From: Solirubrobacterales bacterium
Lineage (GTDB): Bacteria > Actinomycetota > Thermoleophilia > Solirubrobacterales > 70-9
DNA: 64,000 nt
Direction: 5' to 3'
Assembly (NCBI GenBank): GCA_035760445.1
Contig: DASTSW010000014.1
Span: 27,794-91,793 of the forward strand
Position numbers and translations under genes: made by a program
The notes under the pieces: generated by a model
What the model was told of the DNA's origin: nothing
The model's input: only the letters and a program-made list of their open reading frames with translations
Databases searched by the model: none
Shown here: piece after piece, positions 54,655 through 63,898 of the stretch
Numbering within the stretch: the first letter of the stretch is position 1
Layout: each line of letters starts with the position of its first letter

Positions 54655-54900
54655 ATGGTCACCTGCCGCGTCCGCTTCAAAGGCCTGCTCAACCGAAGCG
54701 AGCACGAACGACTGGCGGCTGCCGGTATCGCCCTCGAGTCCAGCGAGCCCTCATCGATCGGCGGCATTCCCGGAGCCGGTCGGCCGACCTACACCGTCAG
54801 CGTCGAAGCCGAGTCATCCGAGCAAGCGCTGACGAAGGTCCGCGAGGCGCTCGACCCAGACACCGGCAACTTCTCGGACTGGGAAGTGGCGACGCCTTAG
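54655..54900 (+). CDS. 81-aa hypothetical protein
   Basis: The only sizeable ORF in this gap, with reasonable composition (MVTCRVRFKGLLNRSEHERLAAAGIALE...). No family recognised. Confidence 0.45.
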   Translation: MVTCRVRFKGLLNRSEHERLAAAGIALESSEPSSIGGIPGAGRPTYTVSVEAESSEQALTKVREALDPDTGNFSDWEVATP

Positions 54901-54902
54901 GG

Positions 54903-56507
54903 CTAAGGCTGTTCGAAGGTGTGCTGGTACTGGGTCGCCGGACCGCTGCCGTAGATCGGGGTGAAGGGGGCCTGCTGGGTGCAAGCCGGGGCGGGCACCG
55001 AGGCGGTGCTGTCTTGGCCGGCGAAGGCGTAGAACTTAATCCGTTCGAACAGGAGCGCCGCGTTTTCCTCGCGGGTGCGTTTGATGTCGGTCGGATCGTC
55101 GGTTTCGTTGTTCGGACTGGGCGGCGTCCGTTCCAGGAATCCCGGGTCTTCAGGCGTGCTTGGGTCGAGCGCTGCAGAGATTCCGGTCGTGCACTGGCGG
55201 GTCTCGAAGCCGGGCAGCGCCCCAGAAGCAAGGCCTTCCGCCCATTTCGGCGGGCTGTATGCGCTGGTCCGGTTTATTGCCAAGCGGCGGGGATAGGTGG
55301 AGATGGTTTCCGGGGTAAGCGGGCCCATGATCCGCAGGTAATGGGGCTGACTGGCGCCTTCTTCTTCCCCGGGGTTGGGGGGAAGTTCCCCGTTCAGCGA
55401 CGCCGCGAGATTGGCGAAGAACGCGGTCAGGTCCACTTTGTAGAGCTTGAGGCCGACCAGCACCGGGTTGAGGTTGCGGAGGAAGGGATCGACCGCCCGC
55501 AACAGCGGCGGGAACTCGTCGCGGAAGAGCTTGCGGGTGGCGGCGAAGCCGGCGGGGGCGCGTTTGATCACCGGGCCGAGACCTTCGAAGAAGGCCTTCG
55601 ATTCCGGCGCCAGCTTCGCGATCGAGATCAACGTCGGCGAGAGTTCTTCTGCTGCCGGCACCAGTTGCTTCATCAACGGGTCGGCGTTGAGCGAGAAGTC
55701 TTTGAGCCGGCGCAGGGTGAGGCGCGACTCGTCGAGGAAGGTCGGGAAGGCGCGGAACAGCGCTTCGATGTCGCGGTTGCGGCGCGCGGTGGTCTGGAAG
55801 ACGGCGTTCGAGCTCTGGACCAGGTCGGCCAGCTCGCCTTCGCGGCCGCGCAGGGCACGGAAGGTGGTGGCGCCGTTGCTGAACAGCTGCCCGACGGCCA
55901 GCCGCTGGCTGTCGAGCACGCGGAACAGCTTGTCGAGTTCGGTGAAGGTCGGTTCGAGGCCGCCCAGCGCGTAGGAGAGGTTCTGGCCCTGGCCCTCGAT
56001 CGCCACCGCCGCTTCCTGCATCCAGCGCTGGAAGGCGGCGCGGGTCTCGGCGTTGAAGGTGCGGAAGATCTCGTCGAGCTGGACCGATTCGGCAATGTTC
56101 GCCTCCGGCAGGGTGCCGCCGTCGGCCAGCTCCTTGCCCTCGCGGGAGCCGGGCGTCAATTCGATGTAGGTCTCGCCGAGCAGGGTTTTGGTCCGCAGGA
56201 TCGCCCGGGTCGACTCCGGGATCGGCGCGTACTGTGCGTCGACCGCGACCGTGGCGAGCGCCTGCTTGCCGTTCGGCGACAGCTCGATCTTCTGAACTTT
56301 GCCGACGTTGACGCCGGAGATCCGCACGTCCGACTGTTCGGCCAGCTGGGTCGCCTCGTTGAAGGGGACTTTGACCTCGTAGGTCTTGGCCCGGAACGGG
56401 GTCGGACCGCCGAAGGTGACCCAGAGGAAGAGCAGGATGCCGAAACACGACAGCGCGAAGCCGGTAATGACGAGAAGTTGGGTGGTGCTGGGGGCGCGCT
56501 TGCTCAT
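54903..56507 (-). CDS. MCE family protein (6th of six)
   Basis: The ATG at 56507 overlaps the upstream stop (ATGA). MSKRAPSTTQLLVITGFALSCFGILLFLWV is a TM segment. MCE motif DVRISGVNVGKVQKIEL. The longer track ORF (to 57881) is an out-of-frame shadow. Confidence 0.85.
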   Translation of the reverse strand: MSKRAPSTTQLLVITGFALSCFGILLFLWVTFGGPTPFRAKTYEVKVPFNEATQLAEQSDVRISGVNVGKVQKIELSPNGKQALATVAVDAQYAPIPESTRAILRTKTLLGETYIELTPGSREGKELADGGTLPEANIAESVQLDEIFRTFNAETRAAFQRWMQEAAVAIEGQGQNLSYALGGLEPTFTELDKLFRVLDSQRLAVGQLFSNGATTFRALRGREGELADLVQSSNAVFQTTARRNRDIEALFRAFPTFLDESRLTLRRLKDFSLNADPLMKQLVPAAEELSPTLISIAKLAPESKAFFEGLGPVIKRAPAGFAATRKLFRDEFPPLLRAVDPFLRNLNPVLVGLKLYKVDLTAFFANLAASLNGELPPNPGEEEGASQPHYLRIMGPLTPETISTYPRRLAINRTSAYSPPKWAEGLASGALPGFETRQCTTGISAALDPSTPEDPGFLERTPPSPNNETDDPTDIKRTREENAALLFERIKFYAFAGQDSTASVPAPACTQQAPFTPIYGSGPATQYQHTFEQP

Positions 56508-57928
56508 TTTTCGATGTATTCGCAGGTGTTGTTTGGTTCTGCGGTTTTGAACGGCACCGGAATTTCCTGTTTGCGTGGGATCTGCAGAATCTCCAAGAGG
56601 GTCTGGAGATACGGTTCGCCCTTCGCCGTGTTGCCTTCCGCCAGTCGGTAGCCAAGGTCCGCGCCGGTGCAGGAGATGACCACCAAGCCGCGCAGGATTG
56701 GCCCGCCCGCGTCCTCGAGGTTGAAGGCGGCGTTGAAGTTGTGGTTCAGCCAGGGCAGGTAGAAGAGGTAGCTCTGGCGCGAGTCCTTCGGCTTGTAGGT
56801 GAGCTCGTTGAGGAAGGAGTTGAAGCCACCCAGCGAGTTGCCGAAGCTCTTCACGGTCTTCTTGAACGGCGTCGCCGCTTCGGCGGTGCTGTTGAGCACC
56901 GGGCGGATTTCGCGGGTGAAGGGGCGGATCTGATCGCGGATCGGCGTCGTCGTTTCTTCGAACAGCTTCTCGGTCGCGTTGAATGCCGGTCCAAGCGCCT
57001 GCGCCTGCGGGATCAGCTTGACCAGCGCCGGGTAGGCGGCTTGCGAGAAGCGGTTGGAGCTGGCGAGCCCGGCCTTGGCGGAGCGCAGCGCCGAGGGGAA
57101 TTCGACGAAGGCTTTCTGCACCGACGCCTGCTGGTTGGCGAAGTTGCCGAGGGCGTCCTTCGAAGAGGTGATCCAGCGCCTGACCGCGGTGTCGTGGCGG
57201 GCCAGTTCGCCGGTCAGCAGGCCGAAGTTGTGGATCACGTTGGCGAGCGCGACCCGGCGGGCGGCAACTGCCTTGTTGAGCTTGGCGACGTAGTGAACGA
57301 AGGGCCCGAACCGGCGGAAGGCGTTGGAGACCTGCTTGCCGCGGCCGCCGATCCCCTGGGCGCCACCGGCAACCAGCAGCTGGATGTACTGACGGGTGTC
57401 GGCGTCGAGCGTGGAGAGGAAGGCGTCGAGGTTGTAGTTCTGTTCGGTCTGCGCCATGGTGAAGTGAGCGCCGTCTTCGACCTCGCCCTTGGCGGTGCCA
57501 GGTTCGATCTCGACGATCATGTCGTTGAGGTTGGTTTTCGGCCGCAGCAGGAAGCTGGCGTCGGGGTGGATCAGGTCCATGTATTTCGGCTCGATGTCCA
57601 TCCCGACCACCGCGTGGCCGTTTTCGAGGTCGACCGAGGCGACCTTGCCGATCTGGATGCCGGCGATGTCGACCGCCTGGCCCTGGCCGGCGGTGACCGC
57701 CTGCGCGGTCGAGAACTCGGCGGTGATGTGTTCGAATTCTTCGCCGACCACCGGGATCCAGGCCGGCAGCGAGGCTTTCTGCTGGGTGAAGATCGCGAGC
57801 ATCATCACGATCCCGGCGAGGGCCAGGACGATGATCGCGATCGTGTCCTTGCGGCGGCCACGGACCTGGCGCGAGAGCCAAGCGCGGAAGTGGGCCGAGC
57901 GGCTGACGTTGGGTTCGCGCTCGCTCAT
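56504..57928 (-). CDS. MCE family protein (5th of six)
   Basis: TM segment IAIIVLALAGIVMMLAIF. MCE motif VDIAGIQIGKVASVDL. ATGA overlaps at both ends. Confidence 0.85.
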   Translation of the reverse strand: MSEREPNVSRSAHFRAWLSRQVRGRRKDTIAIIVLALAGIVMMLAIFTQQKASLPAWIPVVGEEFEHITAEFSTAQAVTAGQGQAVDIAGIQIGKVASVDLENGHAVVGMDIEPKYMDLIHPDASFLLRPKTNLNDMIVEIEPGTAKGEVEDGAHFTMAQTEQNYNLDAFLSTLDADTRQYIQLLVAGGAQGIGGRGKQVSNAFRRFGPFVHYVAKLNKAVAARRVALANVIHNFGLLTGELARHDTAVRRWITSSKDALGNFANQQASVQKAFVEFPSALRSAKAGLASSNRFSQAAYPALVKLIPQAQALGPAFNATEKLFEETTTPIRDQIRPFTREIRPVLNSTAEAATPFKKTVKSFGNSLGGFNSFLNELTYKPKDSRQSYLFYLPWLNHNFNAAFNLEDAGGPILRGLVVISCTGADLGYRLAEGNTAKGEPYLQTLLEILQIPRKQEIPVPFKTAEPNNTCEYIEK

Positions 57929-59448
57929 GGGTTCACCCCCGCGGCGGATGGAGAGGGCGCCCCGACCTGACCCTGCGGGCCGTTCACGTCGGGCACCGGG
58001 TTGGTGTAGCAGCGAACGTTCGGCTTTAGCGGAGGCCGTTTCGTCAGCTGCGGCTGGGTCCCAAGCGGGTCTTCGATCGTGTGCGAGTAGTTGCGCTGGT
58101 CGCTGAGGGTGGCGGGGTTGCCGAACGGGTTGTCTTCGCCGACCAGCAGCGGGCCGCCACCGGCCTGGGCGCGGGCGTAGGGACCGTTGCCGTCGAAGTT
58201 CTGGGCCATGCCGGCGAAGTTGACGAAGGTGTAGAGGAACTCGCGGTAGTTGGGCTGGCCGGTACTGAAGCGGTCGTTGATCACCTGGTTGGCGGTCGGC
58301 ACCATCACCTTCGAGGTGCAGAGGCTGAGGCGGTTCAAGTTCGGTATCGCCGTCTGCTTGCCGGCCTGGGCGGCGCCGGCGAGGCCGGGGGTCGCCTTGG
58401 CCAGCAGCCTCGCGACCCCGCCGGCCTCTCTACCGGAAAGCAGCGGCCGCACCTGGGCAAGCCACGGTTTCGAGGCGTCGATCAGGTCCGGCAGCTCGGC
58501 CACCGCCGGCTCGAGCTCGATCGCGTAGGTGCGCAGCGGCGGCAGCGAGCGGTTGAGGCTGACCAGCGAGGTCTTGGTGATCTTCAGGGTCGGGGCCAGC
58601 AGCTGGATCGTGGTCGAGAGGTTGGTCGCCTGGCTGGCGAGGGCGCCGGTGAAGACGTCGAAGTTGACGATCAGCCCCTGCAGATCCTCGCGGCGGCTGG
58701 CGAAGGCGCCGAAGGCGCGGCCGGCGCTGGAGACCAGGCGCGAGAGGTCCTGCGGCTGGGTGCCGAGGAAGGCGTTGGTCACCTGGGCGCTGTAGCGGCC
58801 GGCGTCGCCGCCGTACTTGAAGGCGTCGTTGAGCGCTTCGGCTCCGGTCCGGCCTTTCACCTCCGGCAGCTGGGTCGCGTCTTCGGCCGCCGTCGGTTCG
58901 TGGGTGTACGCGGTCCCCAGGCCCTCCAGCAGGCGACCGAGGTCGGCCCGCACGGGAGACTGCAGCGCGGTCAAGACTTCGTCGATCTGGACCGCGGTCG
59001 CGGTGCGGCTGACCGGGATCGTCGCGCCGCTGTCCATTTCCGGCGCGCTGGGGCTGCCGGGATCGAGGTCGATGAAGAAGTTGCCCTCGAGGAAGATGCG
59101 CGGCCGGATCGCGGCGAAGGCATCGTCGTGGATCGGCCGCCCGGAATCGTCGACGGTGAAGGTGACCTCGGTGTTGTCGCCGTCGCGCTCGGTCGAGATC
59201 ACTTTGCCGACGTCGACGCCGGCGATCCGGATCGGCGAGTTGAGCGCGATGTTGGCCGAGTTGGAAAAGGTCGCCTTCAGTTCGTAGCCGTAGCCGGTGA
59301 ACGGCACGTGTTTGGTGAAGGCCAGGTAGGGGCCGATCGTGAAGATGAGGATGAAGATGATTGCGATCAACGCGTTGCTCGGCCGCCACTTGATGCGGCC
59401 GGTGCCGGCTTCCGCCGCGCGCCTGTCTCGCTCCGGCAGGCGGCTCAT
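57925..59448 (-). CDS. MCE family protein (4th of six)
   Basis: TM segment ALIAIIFILIFTIGPYLAF. MCE motif IRIAGVDVGKVISTE. 4-nt overlaps at both ends. Confidence 0.85.
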   Translation of the reverse strand: MSRLPERDRRAAEAGTGRIKWRPSNALIAIIFILIFTIGPYLAFTKHVPFTGYGYELKATFSNSANIALNSPIRIAGVDVGKVISTERDGDNTEVTFTVDDSGRPIHDDAFAAIRPRIFLEGNFFIDLDPGSPSAPEMDSGATIPVSRTATAVQIDEVLTALQSPVRADLGRLLEGLGTAYTHEPTAAEDATQLPEVKGRTGAEALNDAFKYGGDAGRYSAQVTNAFLGTQPQDLSRLVSSAGRAFGAFASRREDLQGLIVNFDVFTGALASQATNLSTTIQLLAPTLKITKTSLVSLNRSLPPLRTYAIELEPAVAELPDLIDASKPWLAQVRPLLSGREAGGVARLLAKATPGLAGAAQAGKQTAIPNLNRLSLCTSKVMVPTANQVINDRFSTGQPNYREFLYTFVNFAGMAQNFDGNGPYARAQAGGGPLLVGEDNPFGNPATLSDQRNYSHTIEDPLGTQPQLTKRPPLKPNVRCYTNPVPDVNGPQGQVGAPSPSAAGVNP

Positions 59449-60872
59449 CCTTCGCCTCCCCCGCGGGTGGTGGTTCCCCAGAGCTCGGCCGCGTTGCCAA
59501 TCACGGTCTGGCCTTTCGCATATTTCTCGTTGCCGGCTTCGCAGACCTTGCCCTGGCCCGGGGCAGCCGTCTGGGGATACGGGTTGAAATGAAGATGGTT
59601 TTTCAGTTTTTTCGGATCCGCGGGATTGCCGTTAGCCGGGGCGCTGGCGAAGCCGCTCTCGCTGTTGGGTCCTTCCGGCGGCGCGAAGGAGATGAACTGG
59701 AGCCAGTTGCCCAATCCATTGCCCTGGCTGTTGGCGTTGGCCAGGTATTCGAAGGTCAGCGACCAGTAGTGGCAGACGGTCTCGCTGGGGGTGATGTACG
59801 CGAGCGAGGGCTTCAGCTGGCGGTTGGTGTCGATCAGCAGGTCGAGCCCGTTGAAGACGCCGGGCGCTTCCTGGAAGTCGACCAGCGCTTCGGCGGTCGG
59901 CTGCAGCTGGTTGTTGAGGATCGGCGAGGCGTTGAGGACGGGGATCCCGGCGTGGAGCGAGTCGGCGATCACCGGCGAGGTTTCCGCCAGCGCTTTCACG
60001 CCCGGGCGCAGGGCGGTGAAGAAGCGGGCCGAGTTGCGCAGGAAGGGGCGAATCGCCGGCAGGTCGGCGTTGACCTCGTCCAGGGTCGGCGGGCTTTTTT
60101 CGATCGTTTCCTGGATGAAGGGGCGGGAAACGCGGGCGAAGGCGAGGAAGGTGGAATCAAGGGCGACGAAGAGGTTGGCCTGCGTCTCGGCAACTGGGGC
60201 GAGGGTGGCGTTGAGCGCCGCGAGCGCTTCCCAGAAGCCGCCGAAGTCGGTGCTCGGTTCGACCAGTTTGCGCAGCGCCGGCTGGCCGTTTTCGACCGCA
60301 CGACGGATCGCGCCAAGGGCTTCGTTGATCTGCGGCCCGCGGCCGGCGAGGGCGTTGCCGAACCCGGCCAGGTTGCGCTGGATCCCCTTGCGGGTCGGTT
60401 CGTCGAACATGTTGAAGAACTCGTCGATGTCGACCGGTTCGGGGGTGGCGGAGGCGACCGGGATCGTTTGGCCGGCCTTGAAGCCCTTTTCGGAGTCCCC
60501 CGGGGTGATCTGCAGGAACTTGAGGCCGAGGGCCGATTTCGGCCGGATCGTGATCGTCGAGTCGACCGGCAGCGGTTCGACGTTCTTGTCGAGCTTCAGC
60601 TCCAGTTCTGCCGCGACCTCGCCGTCGCCGGTCTGGACCGGGACGACCGAGCGGACGGTGCCGACGCGGACGCCGCCGATCCGCACCTCGTTGCCTTTGA
60701 CCAGCGCGTCGGCGTTGGGGACCCGGGCGTTGAGGTTGTAGGTGGAGACGAAGGGCAGGCCGTTGTTGGCGTTGTAGGCGAGGAAGACCGCGACGATGAC
60801 GACCAGCACGGTGACCGCCCCGACGAGGACCGGGCTACTGGCGACGCCGCTGATTCCGCTGCGGTTCCTCAT
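59445..60872 (-). CDS. MCE family protein (3rd of six)
   Basis: TM segment VLVGAVTVLVVIVAVFLAY. MCE motif VRIGGVRVGTVRSVVPV. Confidence 0.85.
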   Translation of the reverse strand: MRNRSGISGVASSPVLVGAVTVLVVIVAVFLAYNANNGLPFVSTYNLNARVPNADALVKGNEVRIGGVRVGTVRSVVPVQTGDGEVAAELELKLDKNVEPLPVDSTITIRPKSALGLKFLQITPGDSEKGFKAGQTIPVASATPEPVDIDEFFNMFDEPTRKGIQRNLAGFGNALAGRGPQINEALGAIRRAVENGQPALRKLVEPSTDFGGFWEALAALNATLAPVAETQANLFVALDSTFLAFARVSRPFIQETIEKSPPTLDEVNADLPAIRPFLRNSARFFTALRPGVKALAETSPVIADSLHAGIPVLNASPILNNQLQPTAEALVDFQEAPGVFNGLDLLIDTNRQLKPSLAYITPSETVCHYWSLTFEYLANANSQGNGLGNWLQFISFAPPEGPNSESGFASAPANGNPADPKKLKNHLHFNPYPQTAAPGQGKVCEAGNEKYAKGQTVIGNAAELWGTTTRGGGEG

Positions 60873-62383
60873 TGGCCCAGGAGGTAGTCGAGAAGGGGTT
60901 CGGTTCCTTCGGTGTTCGAGGACTGGGCGATGCCTTCATCGCCCGAGGTGGAGGCGGTTCCGGGGCTGTCGCTCTGACCGATGCCGATCGTCGGCCCGGT
61001 GTTGGACAGGGTTCCCCCGTTCAGCTCGGCAGAGCGTTCCTGGATCAGCCTGTAGATGGAGGCGGCGCTGGTTTCAGCCGCTTCGGATGCGTTTTTGCCG
61101 TTGAAGCGAGCGACGCAGCCGGATTCGCCTTCCGCCGCCGCGCTGTATTCGAAACAGGTCGAGAGCGTCACTCGGGTGCGCCCGAAGTGGCCGTATTTGT
61201 CGAAGCCGTTGAGCGAGGCGGCGGAGCCGTAGATCAATTCGGTCAGGCCGTCCCAGCCGCCGTTCTGTTTCAGCCCGACGAACAGCTTCGCCAGATTCGC
61301 GGTCGGTTTTACCCCTGACTTCGCCAGTTCACCGGCCTTGCGGACCACTGGGTTGGCTTCGCGGAAGATCGGCCCGGAGGCTTCGCCGGCGTCGCCGAGG
61401 CTCTTCAGCGAGACGGTCAGCGCTTCCGAGAACGGGGTCAGGGTCTTGGTCGCGTCGGTCAGCGCCGGGGCCGCGGTGCCGAAGTCTTCGAACAGCGGTG
61501 CGCCGGCGTCGGAGAAGGTCTTCAGGTCCTTCATCGTTTCCCGGAACTCGCCGAGGAAGACGGGGAATTTGCGCAGCGCCTCTTCCAGTTCCGGTCCCTT
61601 TTCGGCGCTCGCTTCGGCCGCCGCGCCGGAGTTGGTGATGAAGCCGGCGAAGTGCTGGCGCTCGCGGGCAAGCGGTCCGAGGATCGCGTCGGAGTCGGCC
61701 GCCAGCTGGGCCAGCTGTTTGCGCTGAGCGGAGAGGATCCCGAAGACCCGGTCGACATCGCGCAGCACCGGGTTGGCGCGTTTGACCAGCTCCTCGATGT
61801 CTTCCCCGCGCCCCGCCAGGCCGGCGCCCAGTTCGTTGAAGATCAGCCGGAAGCGCTGCGCGTAGGGCAGCGAGTAGATGTCGTTGATCAGGTCCGGGTC
61901 GACGCTGGTGCCGTTGCTGCCGAGCGGCAGCAGGTACTGGCCGGCGCCGGCTTCGCCGTCGGGGATCTGTTCCAGCGCCGGCGCCGGCTCGGTTCCCGGC
62001 GCCCGCGGCAGGGTGGTGCGGCAGTCGACGAACTTCTCGCCGATCAGCGACTGCGGCCGGATCTGGCAACTCGCGTCTTTGCGAAAGTCCTGGAAGCCGG
62101 GGTCGGTGATGTTGAGGACGATGATCGCCTTGCCGGGCTTTTCGACCCTCTTGCCGTTTTCGTAGGCGACCTTCTCGCCCGGCATCGAGACATCGACCGA
62201 TTCGATCTCGCCGACGGTGGCGCCGGCGACGCGGACTTCCTCGCCGTTGACCATGAAGCCGCCGTTGTCGAAGACCGCCCGCACCTTGTAGCCGTCGCTG
62301 GAGTCGTCGCCGCCGGAAGCGATGAGGACGATCGCGACGATCGCCACCACCACCGCGCCGATGAGAAGGAGTTTTTTGCTCAT
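60869..62383 (-). CDS. MCE family protein (2nd of six)
   Basis: TM segment LLLIGAVVVAIVAIVLIA. MCE motif VRVAGATVGEIESVDV. Confidence 0.85.
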   Translation of the reverse strand: MSKKLLLIGAVVVAIVAIVLIASGGDDSSDGYKVRAVFDNGGFMVNGEEVRVAGATVGEIESVDVSMPGEKVAYENGKRVEKPGKAIIVLNITDPGFQDFRKDASCQIRPQSLIGEKFVDCRTTLPRAPGTEPAPALEQIPDGEAGAGQYLLPLGSNGTSVDPDLINDIYSLPYAQRFRLIFNELGAGLAGRGEDIEELVKRANPVLRDVDRVFGILSAQRKQLAQLAADSDAILGPLARERQHFAGFITNSGAAAEASAEKGPELEEALRKFPVFLGEFRETMKDLKTFSDAGAPLFEDFGTAAPALTDATKTLTPFSEALTVSLKSLGDAGEASGPIFREANPVVRKAGELAKSGVKPTANLAKLFVGLKQNGGWDGLTELIYGSAASLNGFDKYGHFGRTRVTLSTCFEYSAAAEGESGCVARFNGKNASEAAETSAASIYRLIQERSAELNGGTLSNTGPTIGIGQSDSPGTASTSGDEGIAQSSNTEGTEPLLDYLLGQ

Positions 62384-63858
62384 GGCCCGGGCGGTACGTC
62401 GGAGGGGTCACATTGCGAAGAGTCGACGCCGCTGCCGCCGCCAACCCACGGGCTGGAGCCATCGGCGGCGGGCTGGGTGGCGCCGCCCGGGCAGCGTTTG
62501 TTGACTTCGGTGGTTCCGAACTGCTCGTACTGCTGTGATTTGCTGATCGGTTCGAGTTCGCCGCTGCCGGCGTTGTAGTTGAAGAGGTTCTGGGCGGAGG
62601 TCGCGGCGCGCACGTAGTGGCCGTTGCCGTCGTAGTAGCCGGCCACCTGGCCGAGCTTGGAGAGGCCGTTGAAGAGGTCGGGCGTGTAGGCGCGGATGAA
62701 GTTCAGGTTCGGCTGGAAGTCGGCGATCGCCTGTTCGGAGTGCGGGAAGGCGCTCGAAGCGAGGTCCTCGACCTTCGGCATCGTTGCCAGCAGATCGGCG
62801 GCGTCGTTGCCCTTGCCGGGCCGGCTGACCGTCAGCCTCAGGTTGTGCACGAACGGCACCAGTTTCTGGAAGATCGGCCGCAGTTCGCGCAGGAACGGCG
62901 CCAGGTCCTTGGTCGCCGGCTTGGCGGTGTTGATCAGCGGTTCGATGTCGTCGAGCGCCGCCCGCAGGTTGACGAAGGTCGTGTTCGACTGCCGCATCAC
63001 CGGCGGCAGCCGCCGCAGGGTCGCGTCGAAGGCGGCGGTCTGGTCGGCGATCGAGTTGAAAGCGGTGTTGGCGTTGGAGATCGCGCTGGAGAGCTGTTCG
63101 CCGCGACCGGCCACCGCGGTGGTCAGCTGCGCCGAGCTGACGATGAAGCGGGAGAGCAGCGCCTGGTCGGCGTTCAGTTCGTGAACGAAGGCGGTGGTCC
63201 GGTTCAGCGCCGAGCCGAAGTACTTGTAGGAGTCGTTGGCGGCCTTGCCCTGGCCCTCGTAGATGTCGGCGTTGCCCTTGATGAAGTCGCTGAGACCCTT
63301 GCGGACCCGCGGCGGGAAGGTGTTGAAGAACTGGTCGATGTCGATCGGGGTCGTGGTCGAGGCGAGGCCCAGTTCGGCGCCGTCGTCCAGCGCCGGGTTG
63401 CTGTTCGGCCCGGGGCTGATCGAGACGTAGTGGTTGGCGACGCCGGAGAGCGAGGTCGCCCGGATCGCCGCCGTCGTTCCCTCGTGCAGTTCTTGGTCGA
63501 CCGAGACGTGGACCTCGGCGAGATTGTCGTCGGTGAGGCCGATGCTTTCCACCGTGCCGGCCGGCGAGCCGCCGATCAGCACCTGGTTGTCGGGCACCAG
63601 CTGGCCGGCGTTCTGGAAGACCAGGGTGTACTTGTGGCCACCGTTGCCGCCGAGAAAGATCACTGCGAGCACGATCAGCGCCACGACCAAGGCCGCGATC
63701 GTCGCAATGCGGGCTGGGGTAGTCCCCCGGCTTGCCGCCGACCCACTCTCCTCGCCTGATGGTTTGGCAGCCACGAATCGTCGCTTGCTTTCAGGTTCTC
63801 CGGCCCCTCCGACCCGGTAGAACAGCCTCGAGATCGTATCCGAGGGGGTCCCTGCCAA
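62380..63858 (-). CDS. MCE family protein (1st of six)
   Basis: TM segment IATIAALVVALIVLAVIFL. MCE motif VLIGGSPAGTVESIGL. TTG at 63858 is the track start; GTG at 63774 is an alternative. Confidence 0.8.
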   Translation of the reverse strand: MAGTPSDTISRLFYRVGGAGEPESKRRFVAAKPSGEESGSAASRGTTPARIATIAALVVALIVLAVIFLGGNGGHKYTLVFQNAGQLVPDNQVLIGGSPAGTVESIGLTDDNLAEVHVSVDQELHEGTTAAIRATSLSGVANHYVSISPGPNSNPALDDGAELGLASTTTPIDIDQFFNTFPPRVRKGLSDFIKGNADIYEGQGKAANDSYKYFGSALNRTTAFVHELNADQALLSRFIVSSAQLTTAVAGRGEQLSSAISNANTAFNSIADQTAAFDATLRRLPPVMRQSNTTFVNLRAALDDIEPLINTAKPATKDLAPFLRELRPIFQKLVPFVHNLRLTVSRPGKGNDAADLLATMPKVEDLASSAFPHSEQAIADFQPNLNFIRAYTPDLFNGLSKLGQVAGYYDGNGHYVRAATSAQNLFNYNAGSGELEPISKSQQYEQFGTTEVNKRCPGGATQPAADGSSPWVGGGSGVDSSQCDPSDVPPGP

Positions 63859-63898
63859 GCCCCGTGCACGCAGGGACTTAACTGGAAGTCAACGCTCG

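Noticed and set aside
54903-57881. A 992-aa ORF that appears to fuse two mce genes.
   Set aside because: Its N-terminal ~458 aa are an Arg/Pro-rich out-of-frame reading across the mce gene at 56504-57928. The MCE protein proper starts at ATG 56507 (MSKRAPSTTQLLVITGF...), with the same ATGA overlap seen at every other mce junction.
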